The notes beneath the pieces were generated by a model. It did not search any database and was not told the DNA's origin. It saw only the letters and a program-made list of their open reading frames with translations. A DNA stretch of 64,000 nt from Candidatus Limnocylindrales bacterium (GTDB taxonomy: Bacteria > Chloroflexota > Limnocylindria > Limnocylindrales > CSP1-4): assembly GCA_035688805.1 (NCBI GenBank), contig DASSMQ010000006.1:15012-79011 (forward strand), read 5' to 3'. Shown piece after piece: positions 31,549-40,268 of the stretch; the first letter of the stretch is position 1; the number at the start of each line of letters is the position of its first letter. A program made the position numbers and the translations under genes.

Positions 31549-32719
31549 GGTCGGTCTCGCGATCGGGGGCCTCATGAACGGGGGCGTGGACGGGAGGCGG
31601 CGGAGCGGCCGACAGCCGGAGGTCGACCGGATCGGCCCAGCGGGTGGGTTCCTTGCTTCCCGCGTACGAGCTTGCAGGCACGGCAAGTACCACGGGCGAG
31701 GACCGCGTACGGGCCTCATCTCCGAGCGATCCCTTGCCTTCGGGGCAAGGAACGGCGGCGATGGCCCGGCTATCGGTCGACGGCACCTCATCACTTGCGA
31801 GGACCGCAAGTTCCACGACCATCTCGCCTGGCCGTGCAGCGGTACTTGCCGTGGAGGCAAGCCCTTGCGCCGCGGGCACGTCGAGCGCGTCGAACAGGAG
31901 GGCGTCGTCGGCGAGGCACGCATCGCGCTCACCGCCCTCCGCGTAGAGGATCCGCAGGATGGCTCGGCGTCCCGGCGGACCGTGGCGGTTGTGGGCGACG
32001 AGCGCCTCGGTCCGCTGCCCGACGACGTCCCGGCCGAGACGGACCCAGGACCGCCGAGCGAGCTCCAGCCGGATGCCGGTCGATTGGTCGACCGCGGTCG
32101 TGAGGCCACCGCCCGACCCGGGCGCATCGAGGATCAGGAGCAGCGTCTCCGCCCGCCGGGCGAGAGCGGCGAGTCGATGGAGGCGATCGGCGATCTTCGC
32201 CGGCGTGTCGGTCCTGGCCAGACGGCCACCGGGCAGGTCGATGACGAGCAGGTCGACCGAGCGGCCGGCCAGCAGGCTGCCGGCGATGCCCAGGCCCTCG
32301 TCCAGGCTGGCCGGGGTGATGACCACGAGCCATTCGAGCCGGATGCCGCGGCTGACGGCTTCGACCGGGTCGAAGCTGCGCGACAGGTCCAGCCACGCCA
32401 CGACCGAGCCCTGGGCCTGGGCCTCCGCGGCGACCCGCAGGCTGAGGGTCGTCCGCCCGCTCGAGCCTTCCCCCCGGATCGCGACGCTGGCCGAGGTCGG
32501 CAACCCGCCCGGTCCGAGGATCGCGTCGAGGGCGGCGAAGCCGGTGTGGATGATCCGGTCGGCGGGCCGTGGGTCGGCGGAGGGTGACGGTCCCGGCATC
32601 TCTGTGGGGACCGGTGCCGGAGCCAGGGCCAGGGCGCCGACCACGCTCGGAGCTGCAGCACCCCAGCGGGCCCGGAGGCCCGCGACGGCGGCATCCACAT
32701 CACCCCGACCGGTCGACAT
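31346..32719 (-). CDS. imuA: ImuA (RecA-fold, SulA/ImuA' family). The core is about the first 255 aa. The 3' 200 codons are low-complexity, run through a hairpin-repeat cluster and overlap imuB, so the true stop is uncertain.
   Basis: The RecA-like core reads TGFAALDAILGPGGLPTSASVAIRGEGSSGRTTLSLRVAAEAQAQGSVVAWLDL. A LexA box lies 15 to 30 nt upstream. There is no in-frame stop until 31346. Confidence 0.7.
   Translation of the reverse strand: MSTGRGDVDAAVAGLRARWGAAAPSVVGALALAPAPVPTEMPGPSPSADPRPADRIIHTGFAALDAILGPGGLPTSASVAIRGEGSSGRTTLSLRVAAEAQAQGSVVAWLDLSRSFDPVEAVSRGIRLEWLVVITPASLDEGLGIAGSLLAGRSVDLLVIDLPGGRLARTDTPAKIADRLHRLAALARRAETLLLILDAPGSGGGLTTAVDQSTGIRLELARRSWVRLGRDVVGQRTEALVAHNRHGPPGRRAILRILYAEGGERDACLADDALLFDALDVPAAQGLASTASTAARPGEMVVELAVLASDEVPSTDSRAIAAVPCPEGKGSLGDEARTRSSPVVLAVPASSYAGSKEPTRWADPVDLRLSAAPPPPVHAPVHEAPDRETDHATSAPVRAAPAAPPGPGSTLRALPDRPARAGRATLGSGSGPRRRSDSSGARRPTRDAARERPPTRP
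31664..31861. repeat. cluster of four short hairpins sharing a CTTGC(C)/(G)GCAAG stem at roughly 55 to 60-bp spacing
   Basis: The hairpins are gtacgagCTTGCaggcacgGCAAGtac, cCTTGCCttcggGGCAAGg, aCTTGCgaggaccGCAAGt and CTTGCCgtggaGGCAAG, followed by gcaagcccttgc. The flanking spacers share cctcatc and gaggaccgc. Confidence 0.5.
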
Positions 32720-32732
32720 CGGACGTCGATAG

Positions 32733-32748
32733 TAGAACAGATGTTCTA
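32733..32748. promoter_or_regulatory. LexA SOS box (GAAC-N4-GTTC) upstream of imuA, in the intergenic region shared with the divergent response regulator
   Basis: tAGAACagatGTTCTa is a perfect palindrome, 15 to 30 nt upstream of the imuA ATG. Confidence 0.75.
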
Positions 32749-32816
32749 GTCAGGCAAGCCGTTTCCGTCACCCGATCGACACGAGCGATGGCTAGCCTCG
32801 GCCTACCATGCTGCCG

Positions 32817-33566
32817 ATGCCGACCTCGACCTCCGACCCCGCGGTCCCGACCGCGCCGATCCTCGTCGTCGACGACGACGCGAAGATCGTCCGGCTCGTG
32901 CGGACCTACCTCGAACGGGACGGGTTCTCGGTCGTGACCGCCGCCGACGGCCCGGCCGCGCTCGCCGCGATCGAGGCCCATGCGCCCGCCCTCGTCGTGC
33001 TGGACCTGATGCTCCCCGAACTGGACGGGCGGGCCGTCATCCGGGCCGTCCGCCGCGACGACGAGGCCGGCCGCACGCCGATCCTCGTCCTGTCCGCGCG
33101 TAGCTCGACCATCGACCGGATCGCCGGACTCGAGGATGGGGCCGACGACTACCTGCCCAAGCCGTTCTCACCCGCCGAGCTCGTGCTCCGGGTGAAGTCG
33201 ATCCTGCGCCGTGCGGCGCCGGCCGGGGCAGGCCTGGCGGATGCCCGACGACCATCGACTCCGCTGCTCCGCCACGCCGATCTCACCGTCGACCCGTCCC
33301 GCCACGAGGTCCGCCGCGGCGACGCGGCCATCGACCTCACCCGGGTCGAGTTCAAGCTGCTGTCGACGATCCTGGCGGCGGATGGCCGCGTCCTGTCGCG
33401 CGACCAGCTGCTCGACGCCGTGTACGGCCACGAGGCGGCCGACGTCCTCGACCGGACCATCGACGTGCATGTCCGCCGATTGCGCGACAAGCTCGACGAT
33501 GACCCGGAAGCGCCGCGCTATGTCCAGACCGTGCGCGGCATCGGGTATCGCGCCGCCCGGACGTGA
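32817..33566 (+). CDS. OmpR/PhoB-family response regulator
   Basis: It has a receiver domain (ILVVDDD...LDLMLPELDG...DDYLPKPF) and a winged-helix C-terminus (...IDVHVRRLRDKL...VRGIGYR). Confidence 0.9.
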   Translation: MPTSTSDPAVPTAPILVVDDDAKIVRLVRTYLERDGFSVVTAADGPAALAAIEAHAPALVVLDLMLPELDGRAVIRAVRRDDEAGRTPILVLSARSSTIDRIAGLEDGADDYLPKPFSPAELVLRVKSILRRAAPAGAGLADARRPSTPLLRHADLTVDPSRHEVRRGDAAIDLTRVEFKLLSTILAADGRVLSRDQLLDAVYGHEAADVLDRTIDVHVRRLRDKLDDDPEAPRYVQTVRGIGYRAART

Positions 33567-34627
33567 TCGGTCGAGGTATCGCCGCACGCATCGCCCTGGC
33601 GGCCATCGCGAGCGCCGCGGTCGGCCTGGTCATCCTCGCCATCGGTGTGGCCGTGGTCGGTGGCGGGGTCTTCACCGAGTTGATGATGAAGGCCGGCGAC
33701 TCGGCCGAGCACGCTCGACGGATGTACGACGACTCGGTGGTCACGGTCGTGGTCGCGGCCTCCGCCCTGGCCGTGCTGGCGAGCCTCGGTCTAGCCGTCG
33801 CCCTCGCCCGGATGCTGGCCCGGCCGCTCGACGAGATCAGTGGCGCCGCTCGACGGATCGCCGACGGTGACTACGCGGCCCGCGTCCCGCGCGAGGGGCC
33901 CGAGGAGCTGGCCAGCCTGGCCGACTCATTCAACCAGATGGCCGCTTCGCTCGAGCGTCAGGAGCAGATGCGGCGCGACTTCATCGCCAACGCAGCCCAT
34001 GAGCTACGGACGCCGTTGACCAATCTGCAGGGCTACCTCGAAGCGCTGCGCGACGGCGTCATCGTGGCCGATGCCGCGACCTACGAGTCGCTCCACGAGG
34101 AGGCCGATCGCCTCGTCCGCCTGTCGCGCTCGCTCGACGCGCTCGCGGAGGGCGACGCCGACACGAGCCCGGCGACACGCATCGAGCTCGATCTCGCGGC
34201 TGCGATCCGCTCAGCGATCGACCTCGCCGCGCCGGCGATCGAACGCGCCGGGCTGCGCCTGGAGACCGGCCTTCCCCCCTCGCTGCCGGCCCGGGCGGAT
34301 CCAGACCGGGTCGCCCAGGTCCTCGCCAACCTCCTCTCGAACGCCATCCGGTACACGGCACGCGGCGGCCTGGTCACGGTCCGCGCCGAACGGCGTCCAG
34401 CCGATGTCCTGGTCTCGGTGACGAATACCGGCGACTCGATCCCGGCCGACGACCTCGATCGGGTATTCGAGCGGTTCTACCGGGTCGAGAAGTCACGCGA
34501 TCGCGCTCGGGGAGGCGCCGGCATCGGGCTGGCCATCGTGAAGCAGCTGGTCGAATCGGGCGGCGGTCGAGTCGGCGCCGAATCGGCTGAAGGTCAGACG
34601 CGCTTCTGGTTCAGCATCCCGGCCTGA
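33563..34627 (+). CDS. sensor histidine kinase (2 TM, HAMP, HisKA, HATPase_c)
   Basis: It has the H-box ANAAHELRTPL, the N-box LLSNAIRYT and the G-boxes GGAGIGLAIVKQL. Its start overlaps the response regulator's stop. Confidence 0.9.
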   Translation: MIGRGIAARIALAAIASAAVGLVILAIGVAVVGGGVFTELMMKAGDSAEHARRMYDDSVVTVVVAASALAVLASLGLAVALARMLARPLDEISGAARRIADGDYAARVPREGPEELASLADSFNQMAASLERQEQMRRDFIANAAHELRTPLTNLQGYLEALRDGVIVADAATYESLHEEADRLVRLSRSLDALAEGDADTSPATRIELDLAAAIRSAIDLAAPAIERAGLRLETGLPPSLPARADPDRVAQVLANLLSNAIRYTARGGLVTVRAERRPADVLVSVTNTGDSIPADDLDRVFERFYRVEKSRDRARGGAGIGLAIVKQLVESGGGRVGAESAEGQTRFWFSIPA

Positions 34628-34637
34628 TCCAGTCTGT

Positions 34638-35528
34638 CTACGGGAGCGCGATCGCGACCAACCCGACGAACACGCCGGCGAGGCCGACCCACTGGATCGG
34701 CCGCAGGCGTTCGCCGAGCAGGGCCACGGCGACGATGATCGTGACCGTCGGCCCGAACGATGAGGCCAGGCCGACGAGCCACGTCTCGGCGTGTTCGAGC
34801 CCGTAGGCGAACGAGGCGAGGCCCACGACATCGAGCAGCCCCGCGAGCGCGATCGCGCCGAACGTACGAGCGTGCGCGCCACCCGTTCCTTCAAGGGCCG
34901 GACCGGCGTGGCCGCGCAGGACCGTCGACGCCACCACCAGCACGACGGTCGACAGCAGCGCGTTGGCGGTGCGCGACACGAGCACGACCTCCAGCCATGG
35001 CGCGCGGTCGATGACGATGTCGCTGCCGATACTCATCGACGCGAACAGGACGAGGGCGACGACCGCGAAGACCACCCCCGGACTCGCAAACCGTGTCCCA
35101 CGCAACCCTTGGTCGAATGCCACACCCGTCATCACGACGCCGATCGTCGCCACGGCAGCGCCCACCCCCTGCAGCGGGGTCAGCGTCTCGCCCCGGACCA
35201 CGACCGCCAGCACGACCGTCAGGCCCCCATAAGCCGCGACCATCCCGCTGACGACGGCGATCGGCCCGATCCGAAGGCCGGTGAAATAGGACAGGTAGGC
35301 GCCGGCGCCGGCCAGGCCGACCAGGGCACCGCCGACGAGGACGAAGGGGTCCCCTGAGATCGTGGTCCCGGTCGCGATCGCCGCGATCCACACGAAGACC
35401 GCCCCGACGACCTGCATCCCAGCGGTCACCACCAGGCTGCCGACCCGTCGGCTGGCCAGCGCGGAGAAGAGATCGAGCGTGCCCCACGACAGGGCCGCAC
35501 CGAGCCCGGTGAGCAGGCCAAGCGGCAT
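34638..35528 (-). CDS. DMT-superfamily (EamA-like) transporter
   Basis: 296 aa with 10 predicted TM segments and a duplicated EamA architecture. Confidence 0.8.
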   Translation of the reverse strand: MPLGLLTGLGAALSWGTLDLFSALASRRVGSLVVTAGMQVVGAVFVWIAAIATGTTISGDPFVLVGGALVGLAGAGAYLSYFTGLRIGPIAVVSGMVAAYGGLTVVLAVVVRGETLTPLQGVGAAVATIGVVMTGVAFDQGLRGTRFASPGVVFAVVALVLFASMSIGSDIVIDRAPWLEVVLVSRTANALLSTVVLVVASTVLRGHAGPALEGTGGAHARTFGAIALAGLLDVVGLASFAYGLEHAETWLVGLASSFGPTVTIIVAVALLGERLRPIQWVGLAGVFVGLVAIALP

Positions 35529-35646
35529 CGGCGGAGCCTACGGTCCAACGGTCGAGCGGCCACCGTGGTCCCGTCGGCCGGGACGCGCCGTCGCCGGCCG
35601 CGGCGGCCGGTCGGGCGGGAAGCCCGTGCTACACTCGCTCGCCCGT

Positions 35647-35722
35647 GGGGATGTAGCTCAGCTGGGAGAGCACCGCGTTCGCATCGCGGGGGTCAGGGGT
35701 TCGAGTCCCCTCATCTCCACCA
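35647..35722 (+). tRNA. tRNA-Ala (anticodon CGC), with CCA encoded
   Basis: GGGGATGTAGCTCAGCTGGGAGAGCACCGCGTTCGCATCGCGGGGGTCAGGGGTTCGAGTCCCCTCATCTCCACCA folds as a cloverleaf. It has the G3:U70 Ala identity pair and anticodon loop TTCGCAT. Confidence 0.9.
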
Positions 35723-35748
35723 TCCCGATCGGAGGGGTCCCCACGTCC

Positions 35749-36105
35749 GTCGTCGCGGCGATCCTGGTCGCGCTCGTCGCGCTGATCCACGCCTACATCC
35801 TCGTGCTCGAGATGTTCCTGTGGCGCACGCCTCGCGGTCGGCAGGCATTCGGGACGACCGCCGAGCAGGCCGAGACGATGGCGACGCTCGCGGCCAACCA
35901 GGGGCTGTACAACGGGTTCCTCGCCGCCGGTCTGGCCCTGAGCCTCGTCCTGCCCGAGCCGAGCGCCCTGGTCCTGAAGGTCTTCCTGCTGGCGTGCGTG
36001 GTGATCGCGGGTCTCTATGGCGCCGCGACCGTGTCGCGCCGGATCGTCCTCGTGCAGGCCTTGCCGGCCGCGCTGGCGTTGGGGGCCGTGCTGCTAGCAC
36101 GCTGA
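35749..36105 (+). CDS. DUF1304-family small membrane protein (start codon unresolved)
   Basis: The ORF frame runs through the tRNA, so I trimmed it. A GGAGG RBS lies at about 35731. The conserved N-terminus reads ..VVAAILVALVALIHAYILVLEMFLWRTPRGRQAFG. Confidence 0.5.
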   Translation, partial: VVAAILVALVALIHAYILVLEMFLWRTPRGRQAFGTTAEQAETMATLAANQGLYNGFLAAGLALSLVLPEPSALVLKVFLLACVVIAGLYGAATVSRRIVLVQALPAALALGAVLLAR

Positions 36106-36240
36106 CGCGCGATCGACCTTGGAGGATCCGCCTCCGGCGGTGCCGGGCCTCGTGGCGCTGACGAGTGGTCGCTGGTTCGTGCAGCGGTCGTGCAGTCGTC
36201 GATACGCCTCGGGTGAGCGCTCGCCGTCAGCATCGACGCC

Positions 36241-36957
36241 ATGAAGTCGACCAAGATCGCCAGGCAGGAACGGCGCGCCCGTCGCGTCTCGAAACGCCAC
36301 CACCGAGATCCGGGCCTCCGGCTGACGCCGCTCGGCGCGGGCACGTTCGAACCGGGCCTCAAGAAGGCCATCCTGGCTGCCTTCCGGGGATTCGACCCGA
36401 CCGGTCCCTGGTCCGAGATGGCGCCACGCATCGTGCCCGTCCTCAAGCGTCGCCGCCATCCGTTCCCGGCGGAGGCGACACCGCTGCACATCAACGTCCC
36501 GCCCGGGGTCTGGACCGGTTTCGGGATCGACCTCGGGCCGGCCTTCTCGCACGTGACTCGCGCGCTCGTCGATGGCTGGGGGATCGACGACGCCACGCTT
36601 CTGGCGACCGCGTTGGACAACCTGGCCGCCCTGGCCAGGTCGGAGACGCCGGTGATCGAACGTCTCGATCTCGATGGCGTCGGCGTCACGGCCATCCAGG
36701 GTCAGGGTTGGGGCTCGTCGCTCATCCTCGCCCCGGACCTGCTGCGGCGCATCCTCGGGCCTGGACCGCGCGTGTTATTGGCGCCGGTCCGCAACACGTT
36801 GCTCGCGCTGCCTGACGACGTTGACCCCGACCTGACGGTCGATCTCTGGGCTGCGATCGCCGCCGGCGCGCACGATGAGCTCGACGTCGACCCGCTGCGC
36901 TGGACCGGGTCGACCGTGACGATGCTTGGCGGGCGAGCGCTCGGCCTGCCAAATTGA
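36241..36957 (+). CDS. hypothetical protein (basic N-terminus, no recognisable domain)
   Basis: ORF 36241..36957, 238 aa. Confidence 0.45.
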   Translation: MKSTKIARQERRARRVSKRHHRDPGLRLTPLGAGTFEPGLKKAILAAFRGFDPTGPWSEMAPRIVPVLKRRRHPFPAEATPLHINVPPGVWTGFGIDLGPAFSHVTRALVDGWGIDDATLLATALDNLAALARSETPVIERLDLDGVGVTAIQGQGWGSSLILAPDLLRRILGPGPRVLLAPVRNTLLALPDDVDPDLTVDLWAAIAAGAHDELDVDPLRWTGSTVTMLGGRALGLPN

Positions 36958-36963
36958 GACGTC

Positions 36964-37743
36964 CTAGCGGCGCGTCGCGGCGATCAGCCTGACCTGCCAA
37001 TCCGTGACGACCGGTCCGGAACCCCACGTCGCCTCGACCCGGCTCCGGAACGCGTCGCGATACCGCTCGACCACCTCCGTGGACCAGACGGTCGGCGCCC
37101 CGAAGCTCGATCGGTAGGCCAGGTACGCCTCCACGTCGTCGTGGCTGACCTCGAAGCTGCGTGTCTGGGTCTCGATCTCGTGGAACCCGGCCCGGCGGAG
37201 ACGCTGGAGCAACGTCGCGACGGGCACGGCCGGGTACGGACCGATGCCGGCGTCACGGCGGGCGGCGTTCAGCAGCGTCAGCTCCCCGTACTCCAGGCCC
37301 CAGATCGCCGCCACGAGCCGGCCGCCCGGGCGCAGCACCCGAGCCGCCTCACGGATCGTTGCGGGGGCGTCGAGCAGCGGCGTGAATTGCGACAGGAGCA
37401 TGTCGAAGCGGCCATCGTGAAACGGCAGTCGCGCCAGGTCGGCCTCCTGGAACGCCACGCCAGCCCGCCGCCGGGCCGGAGCGGCGGCCGGCACGACCCG
37501 TCGGGCGACCGCCAACATGCCGGCGGACACGTCCGTCGCGGTGAGGCGGCCTCGGGCTCCGAGATGCGCGACGACGTGCCGCGAGAGCCCGCCCGTCCCT
37601 GCTCCCACCTCCAGGATGTCGGCGTCCTCCCGCGGGTCGGCGAACGCCGCGAGCGCCTCCGCGACGACGCGGAATTTGGGGACGATCCAGCGCTCGTACG
37701 ACTCGGCGACCGGGTCGTACTGGCTGACGGTCGGGGCGCTCAT
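36964..37743 (-). CDS. class I SAM-dependent methyltransferase (UbiE/COQ5-like)
   Basis: ORF 36964..38097 is trimmed to the Met of MSAPTVSQYDP, whose ATG overlaps the upstream TGA. Motif I reads ILEVGAGTGGLS. Confidence 0.75.
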   Translation of the reverse strand: MSAPTVSQYDPVAESYERWIVPKFRVVAEALAAFADPREDADILEVGAGTGGLSRHVVAHLGARGRLTATDVSAGMLAVARRVVPAAAPARRRAGVAFQEADLARLPFHDGRFDMLLSQFTPLLDAPATIREAARVLRPGGRLVAAIWGLEYGELTLLNAARRDAGIGPYPAVPVATLLQRLRRAGFHEIETQTRSFEVSHDDVEAYLAYRSSFGAPTVWSTEVVERYRDAFRSRVEATWGSGPVVTDWQVRLIAATRR

Positions 37744-38558
37744 GCGCTGAGCGTCGTGCTGGGCGGGTCGAGCGCGCCGTGCAATTCCGTGGCGTGATCG
37801 TGGAGCCAGCGCCGCCAGGCACGATGGTCCGACCGGTGGTGCGCGACGAGTGACCAGAACCGCGGTCCGTGCCCGAAGACTCGCAGATGCGCCAGTTCGT
37901 GGACGACGACCGTCTCCAGCGCCTCGGGGGGCGCGAGGATCAGCCGCCACGAGAAGGACAGGCGTCCGCTGCGGGCTGCGCTCCCCCAGCGCGTCCGGGG
38001 ATCGCGCAGGGCGATGCCGGCGGGAATGACGCCCATCCTCGGAGCGTGCTCGGCCACCGCGGTGTGGACGGCATCGCTCGCCCGGTCGCGCAGCCACCGC
38101 TCGAGGATGACGCCCTCGGGCCGCCGGTCGGCAGGCACTCGATGGATGACGAGCTCATCGTCGATGGCCACGACATCGGAGCGCCGGATGCCCGACACGG
38201 CCGGCACGACCCGGATCGACTGCCATCGACCCTGGAACAGGATCGAGCCGCCGTCGACCGGTCCGCCCCGCCGTGCGAGCGCCGCCAGTACCTCGGTCTG
38301 GCGTCGCAGATGGCGACGCAGCCACGCTTCCCGTTCGCCAAGGAACGCGGTCGCCCGTCGCTCCCCATCGAGTCGCCCGGTGCGCGTGGCCGGCAGGGTC
38401 ACGACGACGCCCCGCTCCGGATGGATCACGACTCGCAGGCTTCGGGCGCGCGGCGAGTGGCGGAGTGTGAAGGGCAGCGGGCCACCCGGGAGGTGCGCGA
38501 CCGCCGCGATCTCGGTCACGCCCGCCCGGCGCGCGCGGGTCGGCGATGGTGCGCTCAC
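37740..38558 (-). CDS. M48-family / YgjP-like (DUF45) zinc metallopeptidase
   Basis: It carries the HELAHL HExxH motif near the C-terminus and has YgjP-like organisation. Its start overlaps the D-aminoacylase stop. Confidence 0.75.
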   Translation of the reverse strand: MSAPSPTRARRAGVTEIAAVAHLPGGPLPFTLRHSPRARSLRVVIHPERGVVVTLPATRTGRLDGERRATAFLGEREAWLRRHLRRQTEVLAALARRGGPVDGGSILFQGRWQSIRVVPAVSGIRRSDVVAIDDELVIHRVPADRRPEGVILERWLRDRASDAVHTAVAEHAPRMGVIPAGIALRDPRTRWGSAARSGRLSFSWRLILAPPEALETVVVHELAHLRVFGHGPRFWSLVAHHRSDHRAWRRWLHDHATELHGALDPPSTTLSA

Positions 38559-40240
38559 GAGCGGTGACGCAGGAGCCGACCCGTTCGAACCCCCGTCTCG
38601 CGCCCAGCCCGGACCGCCAGGCGGCCGTTGACGACGACGTGCGGGATCCCCACCGGATAGCGAGCCGGATCGTCGTACGTGGCAGCGTCGACCACCGTCG
38701 CCGGGTCGAACGCGACGAGGTCAGCGAACGCACCCTCGCGGACGACCCCCCGATCCCGGAGCCCGAGCCGTGCGGCCGGCACACTCGTCAGCTTCGCGAT
38801 CGCCGTCTCCAGCGCGAGCGTCTCCCGGTCGCGTACGTAGGTCCCGAGGACCCGCGCGGTCGAACCGTAGGTGCGCGGATGCGGTCGTCCGGAATCCAGG
38901 ATCGGATGGCCGGGTCGCCGGCCGGCCGCGTCGGTGCACACCGCGATCCATGGGACGGCCATGATCGCCTCGACGTCCGGATCGGCCATGCAGTCGATGA
39001 CGACGTCCACGTCCAGCCGATCGTCGATCAGCGCGTCGACCGCGAGGTCCCCCGGGTCCGCCCCCATCTCGGCACCGAGATCGGCGAGTGATCGTCCCTC
39101 CCAGTCTGGATGGCCCGCCGCCGCCGAGATGCGGATGCCCGACCAACCGGGGTCACGCACGACGTTCGGCCAGCTCGAGATGCCCCGCGCCATCTCGGCC
39201 ATCGCCAGATCACGGACCTCATGATCAGCCAGTGCGGCGACGCACCCTTCGATCCCAAGACCCAGCAGCGCCGGCGGCAGGATGACCGCGAGCGTCGTCG
39301 ATGCCGCGGTGTAGGGGTACTGGTCCGCGGCGACGTCCAGTCCCTCGGACCGGGCCGTCTCGAGCACGGCGATGGCGTCCCCCGCCCGGCCCCAGACTGC
39401 CCGCGAGGCGCACTTCAGGTGGGACACCTGCAGCCGCGGGTCCGCCACCCCGCCATCGCGGGCGGCGCGAACGGTTCCGATCGCCTCGGCCAGCGCGCCG
39501 AACAGCCCGTCGGCTTCATCGCGGAGGTGGGTCGCGTAGAGGCCATCACGTCGCGTAGCGGACGTCACGAGCGCCTCGACCTCCGATGCGTCGGCGTGGA
39601 GGCCAGGTGCGTAGATGAGCCCACTCGACAGACCGAGGGCGCCAGCATCCATCGCCGAGTCGACCTCGCGGACCATGGCATGTCGCTCCAGATCGGTCGC
39701 CCGGCGCGCCTCGGAGCCCATCACAGACGCGCGGACCGTGCCATGCCCGATGAGGCTCGCGACATTGATGCCGAGGGGCGTCGACTCGACCGCATCAAGG
39801 TACTCGGCGAAGGTGCGCCAGCGCGCGACGAGGCCGTTCGGACGCAGAGCCAGCTCGACGATCTCTCGGCCGAGGTCACTGATCGGTGCCAGCGAATCGC
39901 CACAATTCCCGGACAGCTGCGTCGTGAACCCCTGGTGCAGATGACTGGCCAGGCCGCCGTCGACGAAGAGCGTGCCGTCGGAGTGGCCGTGCGGGTCGAT
40001 GAACCCGGGTGTCACGGCCAGGCCCGCTGCGTCGATGGTTTCGGCGACGGCCGCATCCTCCACGGCCCGCAGGTCGCCGACCGCCAGGATCCGATCGCCC
40101 AGGACGCCGACATCGGCGCGCCGCCCGATGCTGCCGGTGCCATCGATGACGGTCCCGCCACGGATCAACAGGTCGAACTCGGTCACCCGGGGATGATGCC
40201 ATCCGCGACTCCGGACGCGGCCGTGACTCGGGAGCGTCAC
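38555..40240 (-). CDS. N-acyl-D-amino-acid deacylase (D-aminoacylase family amidohydrolase)
   Basis: 561 aa. It has the DLLIRGGTVIDGTG and PGFIDPHGHSD metal-binding motifs of the Amidohydro_3 family. Confidence 0.85.
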   Translation of the reverse strand: MTLPSHGRVRSRGWHHPRVTEFDLLIRGGTVIDGTGSIGRRADVGVLGDRILAVGDLRAVEDAAVAETIDAAGLAVTPGFIDPHGHSDGTLFVDGGLASHLHQGFTTQLSGNCGDSLAPISDLGREIVELALRPNGLVARWRTFAEYLDAVESTPLGINVASLIGHGTVRASVMGSEARRATDLERHAMVREVDSAMDAGALGLSSGLIYAPGLHADASEVEALVTSATRRDGLYATHLRDEADGLFGALAEAIGTVRAARDGGVADPRLQVSHLKCASRAVWGRAGDAIAVLETARSEGLDVAADQYPYTAASTTLAVILPPALLGLGIEGCVAALADHEVRDLAMAEMARGISSWPNVVRDPGWSGIRISAAAGHPDWEGRSLADLGAEMGADPGDLAVDALIDDRLDVDVVIDCMADPDVEAIMAVPWIAVCTDAAGRRPGHPILDSGRPHPRTYGSTARVLGTYVRDRETLALETAIAKLTSVPAARLGLRDRGVVREGAFADLVAFDPATVVDAATYDDPARYPVGIPHVVVNGRLAVRAGRETGVRTGRLLRHRS

Positions 40241-40268
40241 AGGTCATTTGGTACACTGCCCGTCCCGT

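Noticed and set aside
31640-31880. Possible CRISPR array (periodic hairpin repeats)
   Set aside because: The repeats are only ~19 bp, non-identical (the loops differ) and irregularly spaced. No cas genes are nearby. It is better described as a REP-like hairpin minisatellite.
35362-35748. 5' portion of the ORF preceding the DUF1304 gene
   Set aside because: It would read through tRNA-Ala(CGC). The real gene must start after the tRNA.
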